Source: Octopus vulgaris (taxonomy: Eukaryota). Taken from it: a stretch of DNA of 64,000 nt. The position numbers and the translations under genes were made by a program. The notes beneath the pieces are model-generated. The model was given only the letters and a program-made list of their open reading frames with translations. It was not told the DNA's origin and did no database searches. The DNA lies in contig OX597833.1 of the NCBI GenBank assembly GCA_951406725.2, positions 71,362,001 through 71,426,000 of the forward strand, written 5' to 3'. Within the stretch, counting starts at the first letter, position 1. Every line of letters begins with the position of its first letter. Shown here piece by piece: positions 1 to 12,754 of the stretch.

Positions 1-322
1 GAAAGAGGAAGGAAGTGTGTGTGAGAGAGAGAAAGAGAGCCAGAGACTTCTTTCTAATTTTCTCTTCTTAATAGCATTAAATATTGATTTATTAGCGAGA
101 CACAATGGTGTAGAAGCAGTGGAGGGAGACAATGGATTCTGTACTCCTTAAAATCGATAGGAGTTGGGTGTAAAGACTGGAATGCCTTTGATCATAAGGG
201 GTCTACTGAATCATGGCTGACTTGAGGGCCAAACAACAACAACAACAAAGACCCAACAAAGTTACATGTTACTCGCCTTAAAATGCCCTCAGCCCTCACA
301 GTTTAGGGAGGGATTTTAATTC

Positions 323-521
323 TAACCATCTTGGTACCATATTTCTGTGGAAGCACACTGCTTTTGTTCCAGTTTATCCGAATAATCTTGACTTTAAAAT
401 CTGGTCTTTGGATTAACCTGGAATTTCGATGGAAGGTTTTCGTTTAGATCCTTTTAAAACAGAAAATTTGTACCACAGAACCAAAGAGGTGGTTCCAGAT
501 GGGTCGGTATGAAAAGGGCTA
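323..521 (-). mobile_element. Old, diverged copy of piggyBac-type MITE family A
   Basis: Loose similarity by eye to 39197-39425 (e.g. aaaatttgtaccacagaacc...ggtatgaaaaggg); termini decayed. Confidence 0.4.
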
Positions 522-1312
522 TGTGAAGAAGTGTGAATAGAGCCTTTCCAAGGGCTCACAAAACCAATTCCTATATTTTGAGAAGAACCCCTGTCATTAA
601 AGAAAACATTAATTGGGATGATAATTTATTCGTAATTAAAAAAAACATAGAGTAACCTATTATTTTGAAAATGGTGAACCGTATTTTGGTTTTAAATGGA
701 ATAAATATTTAGTCTCATTGAAAGACATTTTATCTTGCAGAACCTCAGAAATCTTTTCACAGAACCTTGAGGCAATGAAATGGTTTTTGAGTAGAATACA
801 AGAAGAGAAATAAAAGCAAGAATTATCAGGAAGAACACTAGTCATTCAGAGGGAGACCGAATTAGGGGCTGCCATATAATCACTTGCCCTTCTAAAAATA
901 GCAACCAAATCTCCCTTAAATCACACTTTGTTGTTTTATTTTAAGGGACATATTGAATAATGAAGTCCAGAATACATGGTGCCTAAGCAAAAATAATAAT
1001 AATAAAAGTACACTCTGTAAAGGGGTTGGCATTAGGAAGGGCATCCAGTCATGGAAACTATGCTCTCTGACTTGCCAGCTGCAGTCAAACCATCCGACCC
1101 ATGCCGACATGGAAAACAGATGTAAGATGATGATGATGAGTGAATTCTGAAACTATCAGAGACAGCAAAATAAATAAATAAAAAGGAATCTCCACTTTGT
1201 CTGTTGTTGTTGCTGTCACTGTTTGGTGCAGCCTTGGAATGTTTACCTCAAGGAAAGCTTTTAAGATTTGAAGATCTCACTGCAGTGAGATCTTATCTCT
1301 CGTGGTAACCGA

Positions 1313-2005
1313 TCAGAAATCAAAAGAACTCGCAAGGCCCCTCTTCCAAAATTCACTTGCTCGTAATGAAAAGTACTCCTCCAGTACTGTTCGGACCTCG
1401 TCTACAGAATTCATATTTTTTCCGTCCATATGATTTTGAAGATTGTGGAATAAATGATAATCAGATGGAGCAATGTCTGGCGAATATGATAAGTGGGACA
1501 TTGTTTCCCATTCAAACTGCTCCAGCCTTTGGAATGTCAACCTCGCTGTAAGTGGCCAAGCATTATCCTGAAGGAAGAACAACACCTTTCGTTTTGAAGC
1601 CAAAGATGGTCGCTTTTCTTATAGCGCTGACTTAAGTTGCTCAAGTTGATCCCAGTAGATCTCCTTTGTTATCGTTTGGTTTGGGTTTAAACATTCAAAT
1701 TGGACCAAAAGACCAATCAGATAACAACCCCTTACATGGGTGAAGACCTTCTTTAGCCTGGGGTACCGGTGTTTCTCCGTTCCCTACGTATTGTCTTTGG
1801 CGCTTGACATTTTTTATAGAGAACCCATTTCTCGTCACCAGTCACTATTCGGTCCAAAAGAGGTTCATTCTTGAGACATGACAGCAAAAAAGAGCACACA
1901 TTCACTCAATTTGCTGACTTTTCCAATGGCATGCAGGTATCGATGAATGGTTGAATGGCCAAATCCAAGCTTCTCTGCTAGTTCCTCAACAGTTACGATG
2001 GGATT
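1313..2005 (-). pseudogene. Decayed mariner (DD34D-type) transposase
   Basis: Minus strand gives HTH 'QNPIVTVEELAEKLGFGHSTIHRYLHAIGK', 'DRIVTGDEKWVLY' (~1820-1855), and 'LQDNAWP...YSPDIAPSDYHLF'; frameshifts and stops between blocks. Confidence 0.92.
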
Positions 2006-2126
2006 TTGTTCCATCAGGGTAATATATATAATAAAGTTAATCCAAACAAGAAAGCACAAAAAAAACACAACAACGCGAGGACGTGGAACAAATATAGTAT
2101 TATTGGACGCTCAAGAAAGAAGGAGG

Positions 2127-2161
2127 GTTTAACGTTTCGAGCGGAGCTCTTCGTCGGAAAC
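2127..2161 (-). ncRNA. Minimal type-I hammerhead-like motif (U4C core variant) in a ~200 bp TA-flanked unit (~2031-2236)
   Basis: Reverse complement: GTTT CCGACGA A GAGC-TCC-GCTC GAAAC GTT AAAC. Stem I GTTT/AAAC, stem II GAGC/GCTC, loopless palindromic stem III ACGT. Confidence 0.65.
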
Positions 2162-2919
2162 ATAGAAGGAAAGATCCAGAGAAGGGAAGACAGAGGAAAA
2201 AAAATTGCCAACGGTACACACACGGTTACATTTTGAATATATATATACATATGAGAGGGGTGTCCACTATATGGACACTGGTGTGAAATTGAGGTTAATT
2301 AAATCAATATCAAATTTCTCACCCTCATTTTAAATTTAAATTTATATAATATATATATATATATACACATATATAAAATTTCTGCTGCCTGTTTTTTCCA
2401 TACGAGTATTGAGTGGACGCCTAATCCCTGCCTGGATCATTTCACACACACACACACAGCAACGCAGCCAACCTTTGTTGTTTCATATATCTTGAGTGCA
2501 TTGTGCCATGTCATCAGCACTGGATAGGATGTCCCATGGGGGAAAGACTAAAGAGATACCCCCCTCTCCCCCCTTCCTCTGCCCTGCCCCACGCCTTTCA
2601 CAAACAGCCTGCAATGAGGTTTGCAAAGTTCATGCCTGGCTCTAACCGAATGCTACTCCTGGCATCTTTTCAATGGCTGGATGCCCTTTCTTTGTACGAG
2701 GCTTGAGAGGGTCTCTTCTCTTCAACACTTCAATAAGAATTGACATGGGGTAGAGGAAAGGAGAGCAGGGGACGGAAGGGGACAGTCCTACCCAGAACAC
2801 AACTGACCCTCTTCCTTATACAACACCAATATATTCCCCTTTTGAAATGTGGTTACATGTGTGTATGTGTGTGTGTATAAATATATATGTATGTAAGTAT
2901 GTGTATGTATAATGTATAT

Positions 2920-3092
2920 TCTTTTACTCTTTTACTTGTTTCAGTCATTTGACTGCGGCCATGCTGGAGCACCGCCTTTAGTACTTATTCTATCGGTCTC
3001 TTTTGCCGAACCGCTAAGTGACGGGGATGTAAACACACCAGCATCGGTTGTCAAGCAATGCTAGAGGGACAAACACAGACACACAAACATAT

Positions 3093-3165
<73 letters not shown>

Positions 3166-3331
3166 TACGACAGGCTTCTTTCAGTTTCCGTCTACCAAAT
3201 TCACTCACAAGGCTTTGGTCGGCCCGAGGCTATAGCAGAAGACACTTGCCCAAGATGCCACGCAGTGGGACTGAACCCAGAACCATGTGGCTGGTTAGCA
3301 AGCTACTTACCACACAGCCACTCCTGCGCCT
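2920..3331 (-). mobile_element. tRNA-derived SINE family S1
   Basis: Head with A-box-like TGGCTGTGTGG and B-box-like GGTTCAGTCCC, internal (TA)n, tail (GAGTAAAA)n; near-identical copies elsewhere in the window. Confidence 0.9.
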
Positions 3332-3372
3332 ATATGTATGTATGTGTATATGTATATAAATGTATCCATGTA

Positions 3373-3757
3373 CAGTATTCCTTCAACTATCGCGGGTGTT
3401 ATGTTCCAAAACCTCCTACAGAAATAATTAAAATATAAAAAAAATATAAATAGCAATTGTCTGTAGAAACCCACAATATACTGAGGAGTCCATGATAGGA
3501 ATTTACATCTATTAGCCAGAAAAATCCGTAATGTACTGAGTGTGTGATAGGTGAACCGTGAAACGGCAAATGATCACTGTATATAAGTGTGTGTGTGTAT
3601 ACACACACATATACTGAGTGTGTGATAAGTGAACCGTGATATGGCAAATGATTACTGTATATAAGTGTGTGTGTGTGTGTGTGTGTGTATATACATATAC
3701 ACACTTACATACAGTGATCCCTTGCCATATCACGGTTCACCTATCACACACTCAGTC
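3373..3757. mobile_element. Tigger/pogo-type MITE (3373-3579) with two extra terminal copies
   Basis: TA|CAGTATTCCTTCAACTATCGCGG ... GGCAAATGATCACTG|TA; the right end is repeated at ~3612-3660 and inverted at ~3710-3757. Confidence 0.6.
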
Positions 3758-4473
3758 TATGTGTGTGTATATATACGCACACACAAATATACATACACAT
3801 ATAAACATATACACACACACATCTACGAAAAAAAAAAAACTCAGTTGTTTGTGTAAATGGAAGAAAACAACAACCAATTCAGAAAAAAAAGAAAAACTCT
3901 GTTACAAACAGTAAGAAGAAGAAGAAGAAGAATTGTCAAGTATTTCTCAAGTGTTGAGAAAGTTTCCATACAACACACACACACACACACACACACGGAG
4001 GAATTACAAGGAAATAACAAATATTCCAGAAGGGTTTCCTCTTTCTTCTCTTCTTTTTTTTTTTATTTGCTTCGTTTGTTTTTCCCCCCTTAACGATGCC
4101 TTAATTTAAAACAATCAATCCACTTAGTTACTGTGCATGACATGCATAAAAGCTGCACAAGACACATGCCCCAAATACCATTCCACCTTCTCCAATGCAG
4201 TTTTAGAATATTTCTACCATTCTTCTGCAACTAATACTATCAACACCACCACCACTACGACTACTACGGGAAAGACCCAATTTTTCTGTTTGGAATCCCC
4301 TTTTTTTTTAATCGTGGTGTATCTGGGGAGATTTAAATACTTTGGATCTTATAAGGTTGGAATGTATTGACAAACACGTTGACACTACTACTACTACTAC
4401 CCACACACACACACATCTGTTATTTATCACAGTCATTAGACTTTGGCCATGCTGGGGCATGGCCTTCAAGGGT

Positions 4474-4702
4474 TTAACCCTTTTGATACCAACCCAGCCA
4501 AAACTGCCTCTGGCTCTGTAGTACAAATGTCTTGTTTTCATAAGTTTTGAATTAAAATCTTCCACCAAACCTTAGTCACAATTTATGTTGCTAACACTAG
4601 CTTAATGATAACGAAGTTCTTTTACTAAATTCTTTGTTATATTTAAAGTAATTGAAAGAAACACAGAGCATCTCAAAATAAATATGGTAACGAAAGGGTT
4701 AA
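4474..4702 (+). mobile_element. piggyBac-type MITE family A inserted in an old S1 SINE
   Basis: TTAA|CCCTTTTGATACC ... GGTAACGAAAGGG|TTAA; the flanks rejoin into S1 sequence. Confidence 0.9.
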
Positions 4703-4882
4703 TCTACCCCAGTGCTTTTTAAAGACTGGCTCTTATTCTATTGGTCTCTTGTGTTGAACTGCTAAGGCACAAGGATGCAAACAAAACAACACTGGTTGTC
4801 AAACAGTGGACGGGGACAAACACAATCACACACACATACACACGCACACACACACAGATATGTGTGTGTGTGTGTGTATATA

Positions 4883-5279
4883 CTCTTTACTCTTTTACTT
4901 GTTTCAGTCATTTGACAGCGGCCATGCTGGAGCACTGCCTTTAGTCAAGCAAATCGACCCCAGGACTTATTCTTTGTAAGCCCAGTACTAATTCTATGGG
5001 TCTCTTTTGCCCAGAACCGCTAAGTTACAGGGACGTAAACACATCAGCATCGGTTGTCAAGCAATGCTAGGGGGACAAAACACACACACACACATATATA
5101 TATATACATATATACGATCAGGCTTCTTTCAGTTTCCATCTACCAAATCCACTCACAAGGCTTTTGTCGGCCTGAGGCTATAGCAGAAGACACTTGCCCA
5201 AGGTGCCACACAATGGGACTGAAGCCGGAACCATGTGGTTGGTAAGCAAGCTACTTACCACACAGCCACTCCTGCACCT
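4883..5279 (-). mobile_element. tRNA-derived SINE family S1
   Basis: Full-length match to the other S1 copies. Confidence 0.9.
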
Positions 5280-5635
5280 ATATATATATATATAAAAGGG
5301 CTACTGTGAGTCCTTTAAGAATTCTTAGTCAATTACAATGACTCCAGTGTTCTTGTCTTGTCCTTATGATATTGATCTGTTTATCAAACAGCCAAACCCG
5401 CTTTCAAAGTAAAGGGACACAACTCACCCATCACCCAGGTACTTTATCAACCACAACCAACACGCACACACACACATATATATATATACACACACATATA
5501 TACACACACACTCACGCTTAAATGTCTATATCATTTTCATCCTTATTTTAACATCCACTCTTTTCCATGCATGTGATTGGAAAGCAGACTTCTTACCACA
5601 TTGCCCATATTCACACCTTCATCTATCTATCTATA

Positions 5636-5868
5636 TATTTCTTTACTACCCACAAGGGGCTAAACACACAGAGAGGACAAACAAGGACAGACAAACGGAT
5701 TAAGTCGATTACATTGACCCCAGTGCGTAACTGGTACTTATTTAATTGACCCTGAAAGGATGAAAGGTAAAATCGACCTCGGTGGAATTTGAACTCAGAA
5801 CGTAACGGCAGACGAAATACCGCTAAGCATTTCGCCCGGCATGCTAACGTTTCTGCCAGCTCGCCGCC
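5636..5868 (-). mobile_element. tRNA-derived SINE family S2
   Basis: Reverse complement of 9254-9485 (GGCGAGCTGGCAGAA...GAGTTCAAATTCC...TTTCATCCTTTC...AAGTACCAGT). Confidence 0.9.
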
Positions 5869-6293
5869 TACATACCTACCTACCTATCTATCTATTAGCA
5901 TTAGGAAGGGCATCCAGCTGCAGAAACCATTCCAAAGCAGACAACTGGAGTAAAGAAGTTAAATGATGATGATGATGATGATGGTTGTTGAGTGTATGTA
6001 GATGCAATTATTAAGTTTCCAGATTCAGAGTTGGAATCGGTAAAACTGTAAAAAGAGTCTACAGACTCTCTGACTAAATGCAAATTGTAATAGATTAAAA
6101 TTTCCAATTTCACAAATACTAACCTGATTAACTTACAATTATTTCTTCTCGGAAGATAATTTACGTTGGCTGAAACCGTACGGCATAATTTCACATTGGG
6201 AAGAACGGTGATAACAACATTGGTGAGTTTTGAATAGTTTACAATCAAAGCAGACAAGAAACACAACATATGTATCTGTGTCAGTGTGTTGTA

Positions 6294-6389
6294 GATGATG
6301 ATGATGATGGTGATGATGATGATGGTGATGATGATGATGGTGATGATGATGGTGATGATGATGATGGTGATGATGATGGTGATGATGGG
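6294..6389. repeat. (GAT/GGT)n microsatellite
   Basis: Seen directly in the sequence. Confidence 0.95.
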
Positions 6390-6510
6390 CAAAAAATATG
6401 TAATTGTAAATATCAGTAGTATTACTAAGACAACAACAAAAAAAATCTATCTATAAAAGCAAATTTATAAAGACACTTGCAGTGTTTTCATCCTAAAGTG
6501 TTTGAAGCGG

Positions 6511-6579
<69 letters not shown>

Positions 6580-6799
6580 GATAGAGAGAGAGAGTTCTTC
6601 TACTTCAAAACTAAAATCTATTGGAAGACAAACACAACCATCAGATTTTTTGCTTTCGACAAAATTACCATAGCAATGACATCGAGTGAAGTTTTAAAAT
6701 TACATCATCAACTACAGTTGTGAAAACCAAAGTACTTTTATCGGTTTTTGTATTTTTTTTTCATCACCAGCAATTTTTTTTTTAGGCTTTAATGGAGAA

Positions 6800-7430
6800 A
6801 TGGTTAGAAAACATCAAGTTTCTGTAAAAAGAGGAATTATAAGAAAAATGGTAATTGAAGAGGCCAAGTATAAGGAAGAACTTCAATAAAAAGTCTAAAG
6901 AAACATTCTGACTTAATAAGAATGGATGCATGTCACAGAGTCAACTACTTTAGCCTTTAATGTTGGATTTGGTGATGGGAAAAAAAAGAAAAACTTAGGA
7001 CAGAGATTAGAAGGCATTCATGCACATCACACCAGTAAATATCTCCAGAAGTTAGTGGAAGAAGTTTTGAGATGATTATGGGTTGTGCAACAAGAAATGG
7101 ATTAAAGAGATTATGATGCAGCTACAGAGATTGGCCAAGATGAGGCAAGAAACCTTTATTGTGTGAACCCTTAAAATAGGTGCTACTCTCCAGAGACGCA
7201 CTAAAAAAGGAGTCAGGTGATACCTCATGGAAGGACTTATTCCATGATGAAGCATTTCTTTGAACTAAAAATCTTTCTTGAAAATTTGGATCAAGGAAAA
7301 TGGTTGACCAATTCAGTGGACACAAGTGGCACCATTTGGGGACATTCTCACTCTTTAACTGGCACCAACATGCTGGAATCTGAGGAGTTAACACCTGGGA
7401 GATTCTTGTTGGAGTGAAATAGCTTTGACA
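6800..7430 (+). pseudogene. Highly decayed hAT-type transposase
   Basis: Fragments 'RMDACHRVNYF', 'AHHTSKYLQKLVEEVL', 'GRTYSMMKHFFELKIFLENLD' (cf. hAT TRWxSTYxMLxRxxEL) and 'ESEELTPGRFLLE'. Confidence 0.55.
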
Positions 7431-8143
7431 TATCACCTGAACAATTGACTCCACAGAACTGATACGCACACACACATACATACTTGAGTTGATGTCTATG
7501 GAGACCAGAATCCAAAGATTATACAATATAAGTTATACAAATAACCGTAGAGCTAATATTTAAAACAGATTCATGATATTTTAGTAAAGTACCTCTGCTT
7601 TCTCCCTTAGGAGAATCTTCAGAAACTAATACAATTTTAAACCTTAAAGATACATCATTTAAAAATGTTTTAGACAATTCCAAAAACATGTACCATGTGA
7701 TAGAGTGATATGACAGACAGCCAAATATGGTTAATATTTAGAAAGAAAGAAAAAAAAAACTAAAACTGCTATCAAAGAAAATGTCTTTAAAAATGAAAAA
7801 AAGGTAGTTAAGATGATATTATTTGACAAACTGAGGAAGATGAACACAACAAATACAGGATGTGCGAACCGACACAATCACCACAAATATATAATGTGTG
7901 TGTGTGTGTGAACACAATAACAGGCTCTCAAAAATAACAAAATAAGCACCAAAAAAAAATGAATAAATTCTTTCATAGATTAAAGCTCCATAAATATAAA
8001 TATGAATATTAATATTACACAGTAGGATATCACGTTACATTTCAAGGGAAAACATAATCAGACAAAAACCAAACACAACAAAATTCGTTACAAATCCACA
8101 GATGAGATCCAAGCAGTTGTTCATAAAATCTATTTAGGCCTAC

Positions 8144-8278
8144 CTCCACACATGAATCTCTGTACAAACACACGTGCTTGTTGTATATCACATACACAAT
8201 CCACCTCCATCTGCTTCGTGTATAAATTATTCATACTCATAACTGCCTCTGCCGTGAAGTCATCTATTTCTGTTACAC
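8144..8278 (-). CDS. Candidate internal exon (135 bp, phase 1-1) of an unidentified gene
   Basis: TTACAG| acceptor, GAG|GTAGGC donor, open frame (G)VTEIDDFTAEAVMSMNNLYTKQMEVDCVCDIQQARVFVQRFMCG; protein not recognised. Confidence 0.4.
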
Positions 8279-8538
8279 CTGTAATTCCAAATACCTTCAT
8301 AAATGTGCACAATCACATACACACCTGTATAAGTATACAGATCCCCCATATACACACACACACACACGCATACATAAAGTGTGACACCCCACCAAGTCAG
8401 TGGGTGGCATCATCTGAAAATAATGCAAGGAAGTGCATTGTGGCCAGCAATGTATAACATTTGATACTAGGGTCAAGAGTGGTGTGTGTGTGTATTACAC
8501 ACACACACTTATATAGATATATGTACAGATTTATACAA

Positions 8539-8577
<39 letters not shown>

Positions 8578-8730
8578 TATAAATGTAAGGAATTGGTTGT
8601 TGTTGGCTGAAGCAGCAGAATAAAGGCCATCAGAGACCAGGTCAGTTTTTGTCTACAGTTTCCACCCTCATACAGGAGCTAAGATATTTTGCACACACAT
8701 TCCATTTTTGGTATGTTTTTTACGACTAGA

Positions 8731-9030
8731 TCATCATCACTGTTTAATGTCTACTTTCCATGTTGGCATGGGTTGGATGATTTGACTGGGGTCTGGCAAG
8801 CCAGGAGGCTGCACCAGGCTCCAATCTGATATGGCAAGGTTTCTACAACTGGATGCCCTTCCTAATGCCAACCACTCCGAGAGTGTAGTGGGTGCTTTTT
8901 ACGTGCCATCGGCTTGGGAGCCAGTCAGGTGGCACTGGTGTTGATGACACCCAAATGGTGCTTTTTATGTGCCACTGGCATGGGTGCCAGCCAGGCAGCA
9001 CTGGCATCAGTCAATGCCAACTACATCAAC
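8731..9030 (-). mobile_element. S3 repeat (RTE-3'-related, (GAT)n tail)
   Basis: Contains ggatgcccttcctaatgccaaccactccgagagtgtagtgggtgctttt, shared with many copies in the window. Confidence 0.85.
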
Positions 9031-9253
9031 AAGAGCACTGGGCACATTCTATCATGGCCAACAACACTACAGAGGCTGCCCCAACTGCAGCAACACTTAG
9101 AGTCCTCCCTACCTTACACTGTCTCTCTCTGTTCATCAACTAATCCCTTGACCCTGGCAAAACCAAACAGCCCCCTCCATACTATGTTCTTTCCTGTCAT
9201 TCGTTTACCAGCACCAAAGGGTTGTCTCATCTCCAAGTGAGAGAAGAGGAATC

Positions 9254-9485
9254 GGTGGCGAGCTGGCAGAAACGTTAGCACACCGGGCGAAATGCTTAGC
9301 GGTATTTCATCTGCCGCTTCATTCTGAGTTCAAATTCCGCCGAGGTCGACATTGCCTTTCATCTTTTCAGGGTCGATTAAATAAGTACCAGTTACGCACT
9401 GGGGTCGATGTAATCGACTTAATCCGTTTGTCTGTCCTTGTTCGTCCCCTCTGTGTTTAGCCCCTTGTGGGTAGTAAAGAAATAG
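9254..9485 (+). mobile_element. tRNA-derived SINE family S2
   Basis: Full copy with B-box-like GAGTTCAAATTCC. Partial or older copies at ~23481-23656 (-), ~45594-45790 (+) and ~13224-13270 (-). Confidence 0.9.
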
Positions 9486-10319
9486 GTATCTAATTCTTTC
9501 TCGTATATCAAACAACAATTGCTATGATTAGTGTATTGAGAATAACAGAAGAGGAAGAACCGAGTTCTCAGTTGGTTGGGCTGTTGGAAATAGATAATAG
9601 AGGAAAAAGTAATGAAGGAGGAACCAGTTACAGAACTAAACTAGGTTACATAATTCAGCCATGCAAATGTGCCAAGTCAGTCGAGATCATTCAAAGAAAT
9701 GAGGTTTGGATATTTATGCAATCCTATTTAATTTACATACAAACACACGTGCATGCGTGCGTGTGTGTGTGAACTAGCCTAGATGGATGCATAATAAATA
9801 TGCAGATATTCATTGCAGATCCTGCTGTACATGGTGCAAATATAGATTTCATATAAGCACCAATCAGCAAAGATTTGTTCACTGAAACTATAAACAAAGG
9901 CCAACTGCTTTGGCCAGACTCAAAGGTCAGGGGTACTTCTGGCTGATGAGACACAACACATTGAAACACTGGAGTCGCAGAATCCTTTTGTGCCAATAAG
10001 TTGAGTGTGTTGAATGTGCCATCGTCACAAGGGATGGAAGTTTACTTCTTTGGCATATTTTGCAGCTCAACCCACCTGGATGTATTGAGAACAAACAAAT
10101 ATTTGGGTCATGAAATTATTGCACAAATTCTCTTCCATTCAGAGAGAGAAAACAAACATCAAACATCTCAGCCACAAACCAGAGAAGGTGTCTCACCATG
10201 TCAGGTACCCGATTTCAGGATTACAACCATTAACATAGGAAATAGGGATGGAAGAGATTGTAGCTATATAGGGGTGAATAGATGAGTGCCATGTTCAAGA
10301 AGATGGAAGCAAACATCAG

Positions 10320-10810
10320 GCAGACACATCAAAGACATACAGCATCTCCAAAGAGTCCAGAAGCTGGCTACCCGCATGGTTCATGGTCTCAAGAATTTGT
10401 CTTATGAAGAAAGGCTGAAGACGCTCAACCTTTATTCTCTAGAAAAACGCCGCCGCCGTGGTGATCTCATTCTCGCTCACAACATCATAAGCGGAAAGTG
10501 TAACCTCTCGAAAGAGCTGTTCTTCACTCCTGCTCCAGAGCGTCGGCTGCGGGGTCATTCCAAAAAGCTCTATCTGCGACGATTTTATCTCAATCGAAGG
10601 AGAGGGACTTTCTCCGTCCGGGTTGCGGATCCGTGGAACAAGCTGCCGGACGAGATGGTGAAGATGCCGACGACCGCTTTGTTCAAAGTCTCCCTTGACC
10701 TCAAGTGGCCTGAACTCTTTACATGAACACCACCCTGTACATAACTCCATGTCCCCCTACATGGCCTTGCTTTTTGCTTTTTGAGCCAAAAATTTAACTA
10801 ACTAACTAAC
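10320..10810 (+). mobile_element. 5'-truncated CR1-clade LINE: ORF2 C-terminus, 3'UTR and (TAAC)n tail
   Basis: 'DIQHLQRVQKLATRMVHGLKNLSYEERLKTLNLYSLEKRRRRGDLI...RLRGHSKKL...FSVRVADPWNKLP' is the typical CR1 C-terminus. Frame is open and CpGs are retained, suggesting a young copy; tail aactaactaactaac. Confidence 0.92.
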
Positions 10811-11189
10811 CTCACAAAAAAGGAACAGAGGTACAAATCCTTCTGGGTCTAATGACAACACTGGATCTGGTGGATGAAGACTGAAAGAAGTCTTTTGTAG
10901 AGAGAGAGAGAGAGAGAGAGTGTGTGTGTGTGTGTGTCTCTCCTTGTCCTGATATCATATGATAGTTTTAACAGCCATTGCAGTCATACAAACAATGCTC
11001 TTCATTTCCCATCTCCCACGAAACACACAACCAGTAGCCATGGCAAAATATTGCCTTTGCTTGGAAATGGATGAGAACTGATGACAAATAGGGGCATCAG
11101 GCTGTAAGGATTTCACTTTAGTGCATTCTGTCGGACCCATGCAAACATGGAAAAGTAGATGTTATGACGATGATGATGATGTCATCCAA

Positions 11190-11500
11190 TCAAGACACAC
11201 AGACAGACAAGCAAAAGAACTGTTCTGATGAGGTCCTTCCACCGAGTAACTTGATAATCAATGTCAATGATCTCGTTATTATGGCTCGTAACTTTAATAG
11301 TCGTGTTGAGCCACACCATTACGCTTGCTTCAGTATATTTATGGAGTTAATGGATGATCCAAGGGATGAAGGCAGATTAAGAGGCTTGAAGCTCTGTGAT
11401 GCAAATGACATAACTATTTAAAACACTAAATTTCCAAAACAAGCCAGCAATCTCATCATTTACCAACCGAATGGACTGGATTACAGATCTAGAATAAATG
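11190..11500 (+). mobile_element. Decayed RTE LINE endonuclease fragment
   Basis: 'NDLVIMARNFNSRV...LKLCDANDITI*NTKF' parallels 37200-37480. Confidence 0.55.
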
Positions 11501-11599
11501 TCAGGTAGATTTTTTCTATCTGAACAAGAAACAGGAAAGAGAGATGATGGCTGAATTTTAAGTGGTCCCATGGTGAAGAATGTGCCACTAAACATAGAA

Positions 11600-12310
11600 T
11601 AGTGCTGAGTGAGACGAGGGCAGGAGCCAGGATAATCCAGAGATACGTGATAAAGAACTACAAATGCTAAGAAGGAGGCCTGGAAAAACTGGAAGAATGT
11701 GGGGAGCAGGGAACAATACTAAGTTTTTAGAAGAGGAGGCAGGTGTCAGGTACAAGTCCCACAGTTGGAGAGAAGCTAAAGGTAATCAAGGTTCTTTAGT
11801 AAGGGGTTCAGAGAGATCAGCTGCTGCCGATTGCAAGACGGCCTCAGAGCTAATCCAGATGAAGAGAGAGAGAAGTGGAAAGAGAATGGCTCTGACACAC
11901 TTAGTGTCAGTAAATGTTGAGAAGAGAAAGAGGCTTCGAAATGGGAGCCAGAACAGTTTCTTGAATGTGGATGGAGAAAGAGGGGCAACCTCAACAGAGG
12001 GCCAGCTATTTGAGTTAAAAGATACAATGGTCAAAAGCACGATTAGAAATACGAAGGCAATGAAAGCAGCCAAACCATCAAGGATGGTTGCTGAGATGCT
12101 GGAGTAAGACACATGCTAGTCATTTGCATAATGAAGTTGGCAGCACAGGGGGGGGGGTTACCTCACTCAATGTCTGGCAAAGGCATAGCATTGTCAGCTG
12201 CTTCAAAGGTAAAGGAGATGCTCTACAAAGAAGCCAGTGTAGCAGCACCGAAATGATGGACCAAGTTATGAGAGTAACAGAGAGAGTTATGGCAGACACA
12301 GATTAAGAAA
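11600..12310 (-). mobile_element. Very old LINE fragment (CR1/Jockey-group-like)
   Basis: 'SSISATILDGLAAFIA' resembles the post-endonuclease ITxxILxGMEAFIP block; heavily decayed. Confidence 0.35.
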
Positions 12311-12407
12311 GGAATTAGCTTAGATAAGAAATCATACAAAAGCATTGATGTGACCTCACTTTTCCGAGTTTTCCAATTTAGAAAGAAGAGAAACCATCAG
12401 TAATTAT

Positions 12408-12702
12408 CATCATCATCATCATCATCATTTAGCGTCCGCTTTCCATGCTAGCATGGGTTGGACGGTTCAACTGGGGTCTGGGAAGCCGGAAGGCTGCACC
12501 AGGCCAGTCTGATCTGGCAGTGTTTCTACAGCTGGATGCCCTTCCTAACACCAATCACTCCGAGAGTGTAGTGGGTGCTTTTTATGTGCCACCGACACAA
12601 GTGCCAGACGTGGCTGGTGAACGGCCACGCTCGGATGGGGTTTTTTATGTGCCACCGACACAGGTGCCAGATGAGGCTGGCGAAAGGCCACGCTCGGATT
12701 GT
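12408..12702 (-). mobile_element. S3 repeat with internal ~60 bp tandem duplication
   Basis: (CAT)n start; ttttatgtgccaccgacac...ggccacgctcggat occurs twice. Confidence 0.88.
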
Positions 12703-12713
12703 ATATAAATACA

Positions 12714-12754
<41 letters not shown>

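Noticed and set aside
1271-1294. Perfect 24 bp palindrome aagatctcactgcagtgagatctt
   Set aside because: Single occurrence near a mariner remnant; no further support for a function.
2251-2300. Possible hammerhead (GTGTCCA/TGGACAC stem followed by GAAA)
   Set aside because: No CUGA core, no stem I and no stem III.
9780-10260. Possible Zn-knuckle/RHN/PD motifs of an RLE-type retrotransposon
   Set aside because: Motif spacing is poor and stops are frequent; cannot be supported by eye.
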